From Myxococcota bacterium (GTDB taxonomy: Bacteria > Myxococcota_A > SURF-8): a stretch of 64,000 bases of DNA. The first letter of the stretch is position 1; every line of letters starts with the position of its first letter. Positions 1 through 9,550 of this stretch are shown one piece after another. Where the stretch lies: assembly GCA_965140415.1 (NCBI GenBank), contig OZ223209.1, forward strand, positions 4,608,001 through 4,672,000. The letters run 5' to 3'. The notes under the pieces were generated by a model. The model saw only the letters and a program-made list of their open reading frames with translations, had not been told where the DNA came from and ran no database searches. The translations under genes and the position numbers were made by a program.

Positions 1-163
1 CTGGAAAGCGCAGAAAATAATATATTCAGAACAAACGAAAGAAGCACCCATGAAATCAGGCATTTCCAGATGGCGTCCCTTGCCGAATACGCACTTTCAA
101 CTGACCTTTTCGCCCGAATGTGATAGGCTGTTATCACATTATTCTGTAGGGAAAGGGAGAATC

Positions 164-802
164 ATGCCAAAAGCCATGCGATTCGTATTTCTGATCGTCA
201 TCATGGCATTTTACTTGCTCAGTTGCGCGGAAGATCCTTCCATTGTGTTTCTCCCCCCAGGCGGCGATCAGACCGACGGCGACATGGAATCCGAAAATGA
301 GGATACCATCTCCGAAGAATTCGCCTGTACGGAATACGTCGATCAACTCTCCACATACACGGTTTCAGGTTTTATAGTCTACCCCGACTTCGTTCCAATT
401 CAGCAGGACAAGCCCGAGTTGCAAATCATGATTGTCCATGGCAAATGGTCCTGCAATGAAGACAACAGCATTCGCATGGAATGGCCGGGCGGCCCGGATA
501 TGGAACGCATCGATATGACCGAGCCAAGCGAGTTTTATTTCGAGCAGGTCATCAGCCAACGCCTGACACCGGATGGCACTCCCAACAGTTTGCAGGTCTG
601 GGCCTGGCAGATCAACGAGCAGGAAATTCCCAATAACCCGTCGAATCCGGAATACTGCCTGGCTTCCGGCTCCGCAACGCTGGAGGTGCCGGAAAACGGC
701 GGAGAGTTGAGCGATATCATTGTGGAACTCTCCACGAAGGTGGACAACGACAAATGTATCCCCTCGCCTCCCGAATATTGGCAGGCGAAATATGCAGAAT
801 AG
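164..802 (+). CDS. Hypothetical lipoprotein with short acidic GGD/DGD linker
   Basis: ATG at 164 follows a GGGAGA RBS. Hydrophobic signal ends in a lipobox (LLSC), then GGDQTDGDMESENE. Confidence 0.7.
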   Translation: MPKAMRFVFLIVIMAFYLLSCAEDPSIVFLPPGGDQTDGDMESENEDTISEEFACTEYVDQLSTYTVSGFIVYPDFVPIQQDKPELQIMIVHGKWSCNEDNSIRMEWPGGPDMERIDMTEPSEFYFEQVISQRLTPDGTPNSLQVWAWQINEQEIPNNPSNPEYCLASGSATLEVPENGGELSDIIVELSTKVDNDKCIPSPPEYWQAKYAE

Positions 803-840
803 AGGAATCGTACGCGTGATCCACTCTCCATGTTTGGATC

Positions 841-2358
841 GTGAAGGTTGCTTTTCCTAAAACGACTACAGTTGACCAGATTAAACGCAAGCGGGTAAGA
901 CGCATCATGAGCATTCGGGATTTCAGACGAACCATCGGCATTGTCGGCATCGGCGGAACGGGAAAAACCGTGCTGTTGACTTCCCTGTTGACGCATCTGA
1001 TCCACCACGACCCCAATAGCGACGCCTTCAGGCTGACGCCGTTAAAGCGTTCCGGCGTCGGTAAATTCTTTTTCGGCGAGGAGCATCGGGTGGCGATCCG
1101 CGCGGTGTCGGAACTGCCCGCCGCCAAAGCGACGGACGCCTTCAATTTCAAGGACCACCTGAATCAGCTTTACGAGAACCGCCGCTGGCCCGGTAAAACC
1201 AACGATCTTTCCAGCGCGCGCATTCGCTTCGAGCGCTCCGACTGGACCCGTGCGCTGGATCTGACCTTTATCGACTTTCCCGGAGAGCGCATCGCCGACG
1301 CCGTGATGGGCGGCAGAGACTTCGCGCAGTGGAGCGACGCCGTTTTAGAAACCATGAAGTCGGACCCGGCCTATCTTCGCTATGCTAAAAGCTATTTCGA
1401 GCTTTGCGAGAATGCGGATCAGGTAGACGAGCAGAAGATCATCAGCGCCTATAAACGCTGCCTGGCCGCTCTGTTACTCGACTACAAACCCTTCGTCACG
1501 CCTTCCGTATTCGCATTGGACACACAAGGCAAAATGGCCAGCCTGCAAGAGGACTCCAACAATCCACCGCAAGATCCTGTCGCCTATCTTGCAGAAAAGC
1601 GTTTGTGCGGATTGGATGTCGAGAACCAGTTCACCCCGTTGCCAGCCGCTCTGCGCGCGGCTCTGCCGGAACTGGCCCTGCTTTTCAGCGAGCGTTACGA
1701 AGCGTATAAAAAGGCCATTCCGCAGCGAGTCTTCTCACGGTTGAAAAAGTGTAACCGACTTGTTGTGATTATGGATATTCCCGGTACGCTGTGTGCGCAC
1801 ATCGGACGATTGAACGACGTAGAAGAAATTTTCGCCGAGCTGCTAAACGCCTGCGATCCCGGCTCCAGTTCGATGGGGCGCGTGGGGCGCTTCATGTCCC
1901 GCCTGTTCATTCCCGAAATCTGGCGACCCAGGGGAATTACGCGCATCGCGTTTGTGGCCACCAAAGCCGATCTCGTGTTACCGGATCAGGTCGGTAATTT
2001 GGAAGCCCTGCTTAGAGGAATTGCAGAACAGCGCGCCAGCAAGATTTCGCGCAAAATCGTTTACGACTATTTCACCTGCGCCGCCATTCGCTCTACGCGC
2101 AGCATGGAGGGCCGCCTGTTCGGTTTTCCCGTTTGGGATACAAACAATCGACTGCTGCAACCACCCGAGCACGACGATCCCTGGAAGGAACTGGACCCCA
2201 GCGATCTGCCGCAGGACTGGCCGGAGGATTGGCATCCGAATCAATTCGCGTTTCCGGAAGTCTGGCCGCTACTGCCGCGCAGAAAAACCAAGCCGCCCGA
2301 TCAGGTCGGCCTGGATCGACTGCTCGACTTTTTATTGACGGAAACCTTTGCGGAATAA
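841..2358 (+). CDS. ycjX: YcjX-family P-loop NTPase (start may be ATG 907)
   Basis: Walker A GIGGTGKT, RWPGKT, DFPGE, RIAFVATKAD, AAIRST and C-terminal GLDRLLDFLL. Directly upstream of a YcjF-like gene. Confidence 0.85.
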   Translation: MKVAFPKTTTVDQIKRKRVRRIMSIRDFRRTIGIVGIGGTGKTVLLTSLLTHLIHHDPNSDAFRLTPLKRSGVGKFFFGEEHRVAIRAVSELPAAKATDAFNFKDHLNQLYENRRWPGKTNDLSSARIRFERSDWTRALDLTFIDFPGERIADAVMGGRDFAQWSDAVLETMKSDPAYLRYAKSYFELCENADQVDEQKIISAYKRCLAALLLDYKPFVTPSVFALDTQGKMASLQEDSNNPPQDPVAYLAEKRLCGLDVENQFTPLPAALRAALPELALLFSERYEAYKKAIPQRVFSRLKKCNRLVVIMDIPGTLCAHIGRLNDVEEIFAELLNACDPGSSSMGRVGRFMSRLFIPEIWRPRGITRIAFVATKADLVLPDQVGNLEALLRGIAEQRASKISRKIVYDYFTCAAIRSTRSMEGRLFGFPVWDTNNRLLQPPEHDDPWKELDPSDLPQDWPEDWHPNQFAFPEVWPLLPRRKTKPPDQVGLDRLLDFLLTETFAE

Positions 2359-2362
2359 GGCG

Positions 2363-3553
2363 ATGTGTACAAACGACAAATCCAATACGCCCGGCAACAC
2401 GCTCTGGCGGCCACCGCAAAAGCCGCGAGAAGCCATACACGCCGAGTCTTCCGATTCGAAAAGCGACTCCGTTACCGAGTCCGAGATCGAAGCGCAGAAA
2501 TCCGTCGATTCCGCCCGTCCGGGCGACAGTGGCCTGGGACGCCCAAAGCAAATTCCAACCAACGAATCCACGCGCAAGGTGGCGCGCAGCGAAATCGGCA
2601 CGGTGCGCCATTCAGACGATGACGCGCTCTCCGGCGAGTTGCAACCGGAGACGCTACGCATTCCGCGCCTCTTTCGCGGTCTGCCCGTCATGTTGTTTCT
2701 GGCGGTCGCGCTCTCGCTGTTATTGCTGTTCCTCTACGCGCAGGGGTTGAATATCTACCTGCAATTGCAGGACATGAGCTTGCAGGTTCAGCTTATCGGC
2801 CTGGCTCTCGTCGCTCCGCTGGTGCTGATTCTGCTTTGGGCGGGTCTGCGTCTTTTCTGGGCGCTACTGCGTTTCCGCCCGAATCGCCAGGTGGTCATTC
2901 TACGCATTCAAACGGCTGGCGGTCAGGCTCCGCCGCAACATCTGCGGCGTTCTCGCAAACAACTCGCCAAATATCTGTGCGGCTTTACCAAAAAGCAGGA
3001 CAAGCACCTGGCCGAATTGAAAGAGCTTGGCCAGAGTGAAGAAGAAGCCAAGGCGCTTTCTTCTGCCTGTTTGCGCCTGCATGATGACCGCCCGGTTTCC
3101 GATCGACAATGGATCGAAGAATTCGAACGCGATTTTCTTACCCCATTAGACGAGTTGGCCCGCAGGCGCATCGGCGGCTATGCCAAATCGGTGGCGCTGA
3201 ACACCGCCATTTCTCCCTTCGCCCTTCTCGATGCTGGCATCGTGTTGCATCACGGCTTTCGTCTGTTACAGGATCTTTTGCAGATTTATCGCGTGCGCAC
3301 GGATCGTATCGGAACGATGTATCTGCTTGGTTGGATCATTTTCAACAGCTATCTCGCTGCCGAAATCGGGGAGCACATCGACAAGATCACCGACAGCCTG
3401 GTGGAGGAAATCGCCAACATCGTCGGCCCGGGAATTCTCGCCAAGGCCGCCGGTGGTTTGAGCGCCAGAGGTGCGGAAGCAACCGCCAACTATTTATTCA
3501 CCCGCCGCATCGGACGCCGCGCCATCAAACTGTTAAGGCCGTTGGCCCTCTGA
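2363..3553 (+). CDS. ycjF: YcjF/DUF697-family membrane protein
   Basis: Two TM helices plus TAISPFALLD, IYRVR and ARGAEATANYLFTRRIGRRAIKLLRPL motifs. Paired with ycjX. Confidence 0.85.
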   Translation: MCTNDKSNTPGNTLWRPPQKPREAIHAESSDSKSDSVTESEIEAQKSVDSARPGDSGLGRPKQIPTNESTRKVARSEIGTVRHSDDDALSGELQPETLRIPRLFRGLPVMLFLAVALSLLLLFLYAQGLNIYLQLQDMSLQVQLIGLALVAPLVLILLWAGLRLFWALLRFRPNRQVVILRIQTAGGQAPPQHLRRSRKQLAKYLCGFTKKQDKHLAELKELGQSEEEAKALSSACLRLHDDRPVSDRQWIEEFERDFLTPLDELARRRIGGYAKSVALNTAISPFALLDAGIVLHHGFRLLQDLLQIYRVRTDRIGTMYLLGWIIFNSYLAAEIGEHIDKITDSLVEEIANIVGPGILAKAAGGLSARGAEATANYLFTRRIGRRAIKLLRPLAL

Positions 3554-3793
3554 TTTCGATTTTCTTTTTCAGAGAATCCGTGTTTGTTGACATTTTTTAC
3601 AATTCCTCGGTTCACAAATTCACTGAATTCGTGTATTCTTTGCTCCGGGAAGTCGCAATAAACAAACATCTGCTAGAATTTGCTTCTCACGTCGTCTACG
3701 ACGAAGCGAAGTTTTTGTGTGTTGCTATCCATTACCTTTGCAGGTCTGGCGAGCATACGCTTTTATTTTTGTTTCATCTACCTAGGAGTAAAC

Positions 3794-6700
3794 ATGAAAA
3801 CCAACCATCTGATTTTTCTGCTGATGCTCGTCTGCTCACTGCTGCTTGTTGCAGGTTGCGGCTCGGATGACGACACCACGGACGGCGACACTGCTGACGG
3901 CGACACCGCTGATGGCGACACCGCTGACGGCGACACCACTGATGGCGACACTCCTGACGGCGATACCGCTGACGGCGACACTGCTGACGGCGATACCATT
4001 GATGGTGACACCGCTGATGGCGACACAATCGATGGCGACGTTGTTGACGGCGATACCGCAGACGGTGACACCGTTGATGGCGACACAATCGATGGCGACG
4101 TTGTTGACGGCGATACTCCAGACGGCGACGTTATTGATGGCGATACCCCAGACGGCGACATCATCATCGATGGAGATATCGAGTCAACCGATGGCGAAGC
4201 AACTTGTGTTGGAGAAGGCGGCAGTGTGCCCGTCATTCCCAACGCACCCAGTTGCTGTGAGGATCTGGTTGCTATCGGTTGTGATGCGCCCGAAGGCGAT
4301 GCATGTATGCCTTGTTCCGGGGTTTCGATCTGCACCTATTGTGGCGATTTGAATTGCGGTGTAGGCGAAAATTATTGCAACTGCCCGGCAGACTGCCATC
4401 AAGCAGCGGATGGTGATGTCGATACAGACGAGGAAATCGATTTCCCAACTCCGTCAAATCTCTTACCGCCGCCACTCTCCGCACCGATCACCTCCTTGAC
4501 GCATGTAAATGAAGTCGCTTTCTTTTTACCCGGTGAAGACAGCTCCTGGCTTGGAACGATTCAGGACGACGCAGAAGCAGCAACCCGTGCAAGCACCATT
4601 GGGTCGATCACCGACAAACTCATGACGGATCATGAAAATGGCCGCCTGATCACCACCAAATCGGCGGATATCGATTTGGATGGAAAAGACGAACTACTCG
4701 TATTGAGCTTGTATACCGCCGTTAAAGACACAACCAAACGCCTTGATTGGCCCAAACTCACCATTTTCGACGATGAGGAAAACGGCTTTGCGATTTTGGA
4801 CACCATCACCAATGATGATCTCATTTTAGAAGCTCTCTCCAGTAATCAATCCGTGCTGCAAACGGATCTTGCAATCGCCAACATCGACAATGATCTCTCA
4901 CCGGAAATCCTGATTTCAGCTTCATACGGCACAATCAACCCAAATACCGGTGCAGCAATGGCAGACTCTTCTCTGATCTGGGTTTTCGACGATCTGAACC
5001 ATTCGCTTGAAATCGTGCATACCGAAACCACAACCGGTCAAAACCTAAAGTCGATGCGCATTGCAGCGGGCGATCTAGACGGTGATGATCGTGATGAAAT
5101 CGTCGTAGCCGGCGTCCAGGATGGTTGGTCAAGAGCCTGGGCTTTGGACGATCAGGAAGGAAGTTTCGCTCAAACTCACTACTGGAACGATTTAGACAAT
5201 TATGTGTTCGATCATTATATTTACAACCCTGCCGTTGCTATTGACGATTTCGATGCCGACGGTGTGGACGAAGTCGCTTTCGCAGCAGTGCAAAATGGAG
5301 CTTGTCGTCTTCAAGTTCAGGTATACGACGACGCCAATAACGACTTTGCATTTTATGAAGACAAGAAATTCAACGACTGCGGCAATATCCAATTGAACAC
5401 ATGGGTTCCCCCACTTTTAATGACCGGTGATATCGATGCCAACGGCTCGGCGGATCTCATCATTGCCGCTCATGATAACTACGGAGGACAGGATCGTGGT
5501 TGGAATATTCACTGGTTCCGACCCGACGTCGATGATTCCGGTTATTTGGCGGATCATGTTGGCGGTAATGAAAATTATAGTTCATCCAGTTCGGGCATGA
5601 ACCAGGCTCTTTTTGCCTTTCATATGGCCGTAGGCGATTACGACCGCGACCGCAAAGCCGATGTGATTGCCGTGTTTATTGAAGACACCAACGAGAATCC
5701 ATTCGGTGACCCAATTTATAAGTATGTCGCCAAGCGCTGGGAACGGGAGAACGTCGATTTTTCAGAACAGGAAAACTGGTCATGGAATCAGGAAGTCAAT
5801 ACCCAACCATTAATTGCACTTGGCGATTACGACGGCGACAGCATCACCGTTCAATACACCGGTCGTCAATGGGTCGCGATGAGCGAACCGCGCATTATTA
5901 TAGCCATGGCCATGGCGCCTTGCTGGGGTTCCAACGTCGATCAGGCGCACGGTTCCTGCTGGGTCGCCTTTGGTCAGACAAGTTCCAGTTCCACGACCGA
6001 AGGCAATTCCATCAGCATCAGCGCCGGGATTACGCTTTCGATGGAAGCCAAAGATCCGTTGGGGTTCTTCAGCGCCAAGGCTTCACTGGCAATGAAAGAG
6101 GAATTCAGTAAAACCGAAACGAATACCGAAAGCATTTCAACCAGCATTCGACGCTTGGGCAATTTCGATCCGGACGAACCGGACGACTTGGTGATTTTCG
6201 CTGCCACGGAATACAGGCGTTTCGAGTATGAAATCATCGGCCACGAAGACCCGGAGAAAATCGGCGAGAAAGTCACCATCAACGTTCCTTTATCCACCAA
6301 CACGTTTAAGAAAACCGTCACGGCTTTCAACGCGCAAAATGGCGACTATCCCGACATCGGCCCAGAAACCTTTACGCATACCGCCGGAGATCCAAGCACC
6401 TACCCAAGTATTGAAGATCGTAATACGATGTTCTCAGATCCGGATTTTGTTGGCTGGATGTGTCCAATTGCATCAGAACCACTTGAGGCAATCGGCGAAA
6501 GCCCGGTAGGAAGAAACGACATCATATTAAGTCTTTCCAATCAATCCAGTGTCACAGAAGCAGTCAGCGTCAGTGTTTCGCTTTCAGCGGCTTTCAGTGC
6601 GGGTGGCACTGGCCAGGAACGATCGGTTGGCGTTGGATCGGGTTCTACCTATACGATTACTGCGGGACAAGCCACCGATTACTCCGGCGGCGCGGGCGAT

Positions 6701-6814
6701 ATCAACTCGACGGATTACGCCCAGTATCATTATGCATTCGGTATGTTCGTGTATAATTTCGAACGCGAAGACGGCGCGAAATACCAGGTCATCAACTGGT
6801 GCGTACAGCAGTAA
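3794..6814 (+). CDS. Large lipoprotein: DGD-repeat linker, small Cys-rich module, FG-GAP/VCBS-like repeats and Ser/Thr-rich C-terminal domain
   Basis: AGGAG RBS before ATG 3794 and lipobox VAGC. About 20 DGDxx repeats. Repeated ADIDLDGKDE/GDLDGDDRDE/DDFDADGVDE/GDIDANGSAD/GDYDRDRKAD motifs. Confidence 0.8.
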   Translation: MKTNHLIFLLMLVCSLLLVAGCGSDDDTTDGDTADGDTADGDTADGDTTDGDTPDGDTADGDTADGDTIDGDTADGDTIDGDVVDGDTADGDTVDGDTIDGDVVDGDTPDGDVIDGDTPDGDIIIDGDIESTDGEATCVGEGGSVPVIPNAPSCCEDLVAIGCDAPEGDACMPCSGVSICTYCGDLNCGVGENYCNCPADCHQAADGDVDTDEEIDFPTPSNLLPPPLSAPITSLTHVNEVAFFLPGEDSSWLGTIQDDAEAATRASTIGSITDKLMTDHENGRLITTKSADIDLDGKDELLVLSLYTAVKDTTKRLDWPKLTIFDDEENGFAILDTITNDDLILEALSSNQSVLQTDLAIANIDNDLSPEILISASYGTINPNTGAAMADSSLIWVFDDLNHSLEIVHTETTTGQNLKSMRIAAGDLDGDDRDEIVVAGVQDGWSRAWALDDQEGSFAQTHYWNDLDNYVFDHYIYNPAVAIDDFDADGVDEVAFAAVQNGACRLQVQVYDDANNDFAFYEDKKFNDCGNIQLNTWVPPLLMTGDIDANGSADLIIAAHDNYGGQDRGWNIHWFRPDVDDSGYLADHVGGNENYSSSSSGMNQALFAFHMAVGDYDRDRKADVIAVFIEDTNENPFGDPIYKYVAKRWERENVDFSEQENWSWNQEVNTQPLIALGDYDGDSITVQYTGRQWVAMSEPRIIIAMAMAPCWGSNVDQAHGSCWVAFGQTSSSSTTEGNSISISAGITLSMEAKDPLGFFSAKASLAMKEEFSKTETNTESISTSIRRLGNFDPDEPDDLVIFAATEYRRFEYEIIGHEDPEKIGEKVTINVPLSTNTFKKTVTAFNAQNGDYPDIGPETFTHTAGDPSTYPSIEDRNTMFSDPDFVGWMCPIASEPLEAIGESPVGRNDIILSLSNQSSVTEAVSVSVSLSAAFSAGGTGQERSVGVGSGSTYTITAGQATDYSGGAGDINSTDYAQYHYAFGMFVYNFEREDGAKYQVINWCVQQ
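3881..4177 (+). repeat. Coding tandem repeat, about 19-20 x 15 bp, encoding DGD-x-x
   Basis: GAYGGYGAY-NNNNNN units read directly from the sequence. Confidence 0.95.
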
Positions 6815-6842
6815 CTCTTTATGTAGTCATACTTGGTTTTTT

Positions 6843-6877
6843 AAGGTCGGCCCGATGGGTCGGCCTTTTTCATTTTT
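6843..6877 (+). terminator. Intrinsic terminator
   Basis: AAGGTCGGCCC-GAT-GGGTCGGCCTT hairpin (with G-U pairs) followed by a T-run, just after the 6814 stop. Confidence 0.75.
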
Positions 6878-6943
6878 ATGAAGAATTTTACAGGTCATTC
6901 AGAGGTTATGATTTACTGAAACTGGCCCTGCGTTGCAAAACCG

Positions 6944-7162
6944 GAAAAGCACGTAAACCTACAGTAAACGACCGGTAGATGACCGGTAAACCAACAGTAG
7001 CAGTTGCTGACATTTTCGTAGCAGCTTTTCGCTGCATGTCGCAGCGTTACACACGATGAACGCTTATCTCAAAACAAGTAACTCCATGATACAGCAGATT
7101 GGACTGTGCATTTACCGGTTCGTTACGGTCATTTACTGTTGTTTTTACACGAAAAGCACGTA
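6944..7162. other. Long imperfect inverted repeat (about 200 nt) flanked by a 12-bp direct repeat; candidate structured ncRNA or MITE-like element
   Basis: 6961-6990 pairs with 7111-7139 and 6994-7009 with 7092-7107. GAAAAGCACGTA occurs at 6944-6955 and 7151-7162. Confidence 0.5.
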
Positions 7163-7171
7163 TCCGCACGT

Positions 7172-7198
7172 AAAAAACCGAAGGCAATTGCCTTCGGT
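7172..7198 (-). terminator. Intrinsic terminator of the DUF1302-RND operon
   Basis: ACCGAAGGC-AATT-GCCTTCGGT perfect hairpin with a T-run on the minus strand. Confidence 0.8.
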
Positions 7199-7234
7199 CC
7201 TTTAAACTTTTGCCAAGTTTTCTATAATTGAATG

Positions 7235-9547
7235 TTACTTAACCTTTCCAGTGATGAACGTAGGCTTGGTCATCGCAACCAGCGTAGGCAGCAAAATCAA
7301 ACCACCCAACATCGAAACGACCATCCAGAAAACCAGCAACAAGCCCATATCGGCCTGAAAACGCAGGAAGCTCATCGTCCAGAATGCAACACCCGCGACC
7401 ATCGTTCCCGCTGTAAATGCAACGGCCTTTCCAGCAGTGCTGACACCCAGCACGATGGCCTGGTTAAGATCTTTAACTCGTTGATATTCCTCTTTAATTC
7501 GACCGATTACGTACAGGCCGTAATCAACGCCCAAGCCGACGCCGAGCGAAACGACCGGCAGCGCATTGACATCCAAACCGATTCCACGCGCTCCCATCAG
7601 CGCGTACGTGAAATAGTTGGAGATCAAAAGCGGAATCAAGAAAAGGAAACCCGCGAATACGGAACGATACGCAACTCCGCAAAATACCACGATAATCAAG
7701 AACGCGTAAATCGTAACGCTGCCTTGATGATAAGCCACGACTTCGTTAATTGCGGCAAGCAATCCGCCGTAACTCGAAGCGAGCCTGAAATTCGCGTTTT
7801 CCATTGGATGCGCGGCAATAAAGCCTTTTGCTTCGGAAACGACCTTTCGAAGCGTTTCGCCTTTGTGATCTTTCAGGTTCAACGTGATATTGGCGTTCTG
7901 GCTGTCGATGGTTACAAAACGAACCAAATCGCCCGGCTCGCTGTTGGTGTAAATCATCTCAAGGAAAAAGCCCGATTCCATCGGATCGTCGGGAATCAAT
8001 TCCCATTTCGGATCGGAGCCATGCAGAATCGATATAATGCCCGGCAGATAATCCGCGATGGAGCTGGAACTAGATACTTCCGGTAATTGCTCCATATGAC
8101 GCTGAAATGCTGTCATGGTGCGCAGAACTTCGGGATCCTTGATGGAGTTTCTGTCCTTGCCTTCCACGATGACGGAGAATTGCTCGGTGTTTCCGAAACG
8201 CTGCCCGATTTTATCCGTGTCCTGGTTGTACTGCGAATCCGGCCAGAGCATCGGCGTTCCAGGATGCACGTCGCCGATAACCAGATTGCGCGCGAACAGG
8301 AAGCCGAGTACGAGCAAGACGAGCGTCGTTCCTAGAATCCAGTAACGCTGCGGCCCATAAGACCATTGCCCGATTCGAACCAGGATGTTGTACAAGATTC
8401 CTTGGCGATGCTTTTTACTCCATTTCGGGCTGGGCAGATAGCTTAACAGGATCGGATTGAAGATCAGATCGGAAACGATGATCGACAACACCCAGAATCC
8501 ACCCATCACCGCCAGCTTCTGCAATAGCGGAATAGGAGCCGTGTAAACAAGAAATACGCCAGCGGCATCCGTGATGATGGCTACGAAACCGGGACCGAAC
8601 AGTCCTTTAAACGTTCGCACCGCAGCAACCGAGCGGTCTTTCTTCTCCTCGAACTCCTCCATGAAGCGCTCGACCACCTGCACCGAGTGTGAAAGTGCCC
8701 GCGCGCTGATAATGAAGGGTACGACGATCACCAGCGGATCGAAGTTGTAGCCCATGACCCCCAAGAATCCGATACCCCATATGGCGGATATCGTCGCCGT
8801 GGAAATCGGTAGCAGGGTGCCGCGAAAATCCCGGAAGTAGAGAATCAGCACCAGGAAGATCGCGCCCAAAGTCAGGAAAAAGATATTCGTGATTTGAGGA
8901 TACTGCTTGAGAATCCAACCCAGCATCACCGGACGACCGATGACGTAAATGTTGGTGTTGTCGTCGCGCTCGGCGTTGACGAGTTCCTCCAGCTTGTTGT
9001 ACACGTCTTTGGGATCGAACTTCGACTCGAAGAAACCGGCCACGACCAACAGCGCCTTGCTGTCGCGACTGACCAGCGTTCCGAAATAGCGCGGAGACGT
9101 ATACACGTTCTCGCGCAGCACATTCATTTCGTCTTCGTTCGTAGGCACATCCGGCCACATCAATGGCGTGGCCAAAAATCCGCGCACCGGATCGACGCGC
9201 AACTCCTTGACTTTCCGCTGTGCCAGCGAAAGCACCTGGTAGTTATTGATGTTAGGCAAAAGCTCCACGCCTTTGGTGATGCGCTTGACTTTGTCCAACA
9301 CCTTCTTGTTGAAAATATCGCCTTCCTTGACATCCAATGCGATCAGCACTGTTGCGGCTCCGCCGAAGGTATCTTTGTATTTCACAAAGGTTTCGACGTA
9401 GGGATGATCGGAGGGGAACAGGTCGATAGTCGGGCTTTCGATCTGTACCTTGGTCGCCTGCCAGCCGAAAAACACCGTGAGCAGCAGAATCAGGATCAGG
9501 ATGGGGAACCGGAATCTGAGAATGAACCGTCCAATTCGTTCGTACAC
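7235..9547 (-). CDS. RND/MMPL-family transporter
   Basis: Two MMPL-like halves, about 12 TM, with GVGLGVDYGLY and TAGKAV motifs. Confidence 0.9.
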   Translation of the reverse strand: MYERIGRFILRFRFPILILILLLTVFFGWQATKVQIESPTIDLFPSDHPYVETFVKYKDTFGGAATVLIALDVKEGDIFNKKVLDKVKRITKGVELLPNINNYQVLSLAQRKVKELRVDPVRGFLATPLMWPDVPTNEDEMNVLRENVYTSPRYFGTLVSRDSKALLVVAGFFESKFDPKDVYNKLEELVNAERDDNTNIYVIGRPVMLGWILKQYPQITNIFFLTLGAIFLVLILYFRDFRGTLLPISTATISAIWGIGFLGVMGYNFDPLVIVVPFIISARALSHSVQVVERFMEEFEEKKDRSVAAVRTFKGLFGPGFVAIITDAAGVFLVYTAPIPLLQKLAVMGGFWVLSIIVSDLIFNPILLSYLPSPKWSKKHRQGILYNILVRIGQWSYGPQRYWILGTTLVLLVLGFLFARNLVIGDVHPGTPMLWPDSQYNQDTDKIGQRFGNTEQFSVIVEGKDRNSIKDPEVLRTMTAFQRHMEQLPEVSSSSSIADYLPGIISILHGSDPKWELIPDDPMESGFFLEMIYTNSEPGDLVRFVTIDSQNANITLNLKDHKGETLRKVVSEAKGFIAAHPMENANFRLASSYGGLLAAINEVVAYHQGSVTIYAFLIIVVFCGVAYRSVFAGFLFLIPLLISNYFTYALMGARGIGLDVNALPVVSLGVGLGVDYGLYVIGRIKEEYQRVKDLNQAIVLGVSTAGKAVAFTAGTMVAGVAFWTMSFLRFQADMGLLLVFWMVVSMLGGLILLPTLVAMTKPTFITGKVK

Positions 9548-9550
9548 GTC

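Noticed and set aside
3881-4177. Possible CRISPR array
   Set aside because: The units are contiguous 15-bp in-frame coding repeats with no spacers, and there are no cas genes.
3774-4352. Alternative-frame ORFs with SPS/ATPLM/CRHQ repeats (also at 28615-29412 and 37755-38885)
   Set aside because: They are shadows of the DGD coding repeats and lack an RBS or signal logic.
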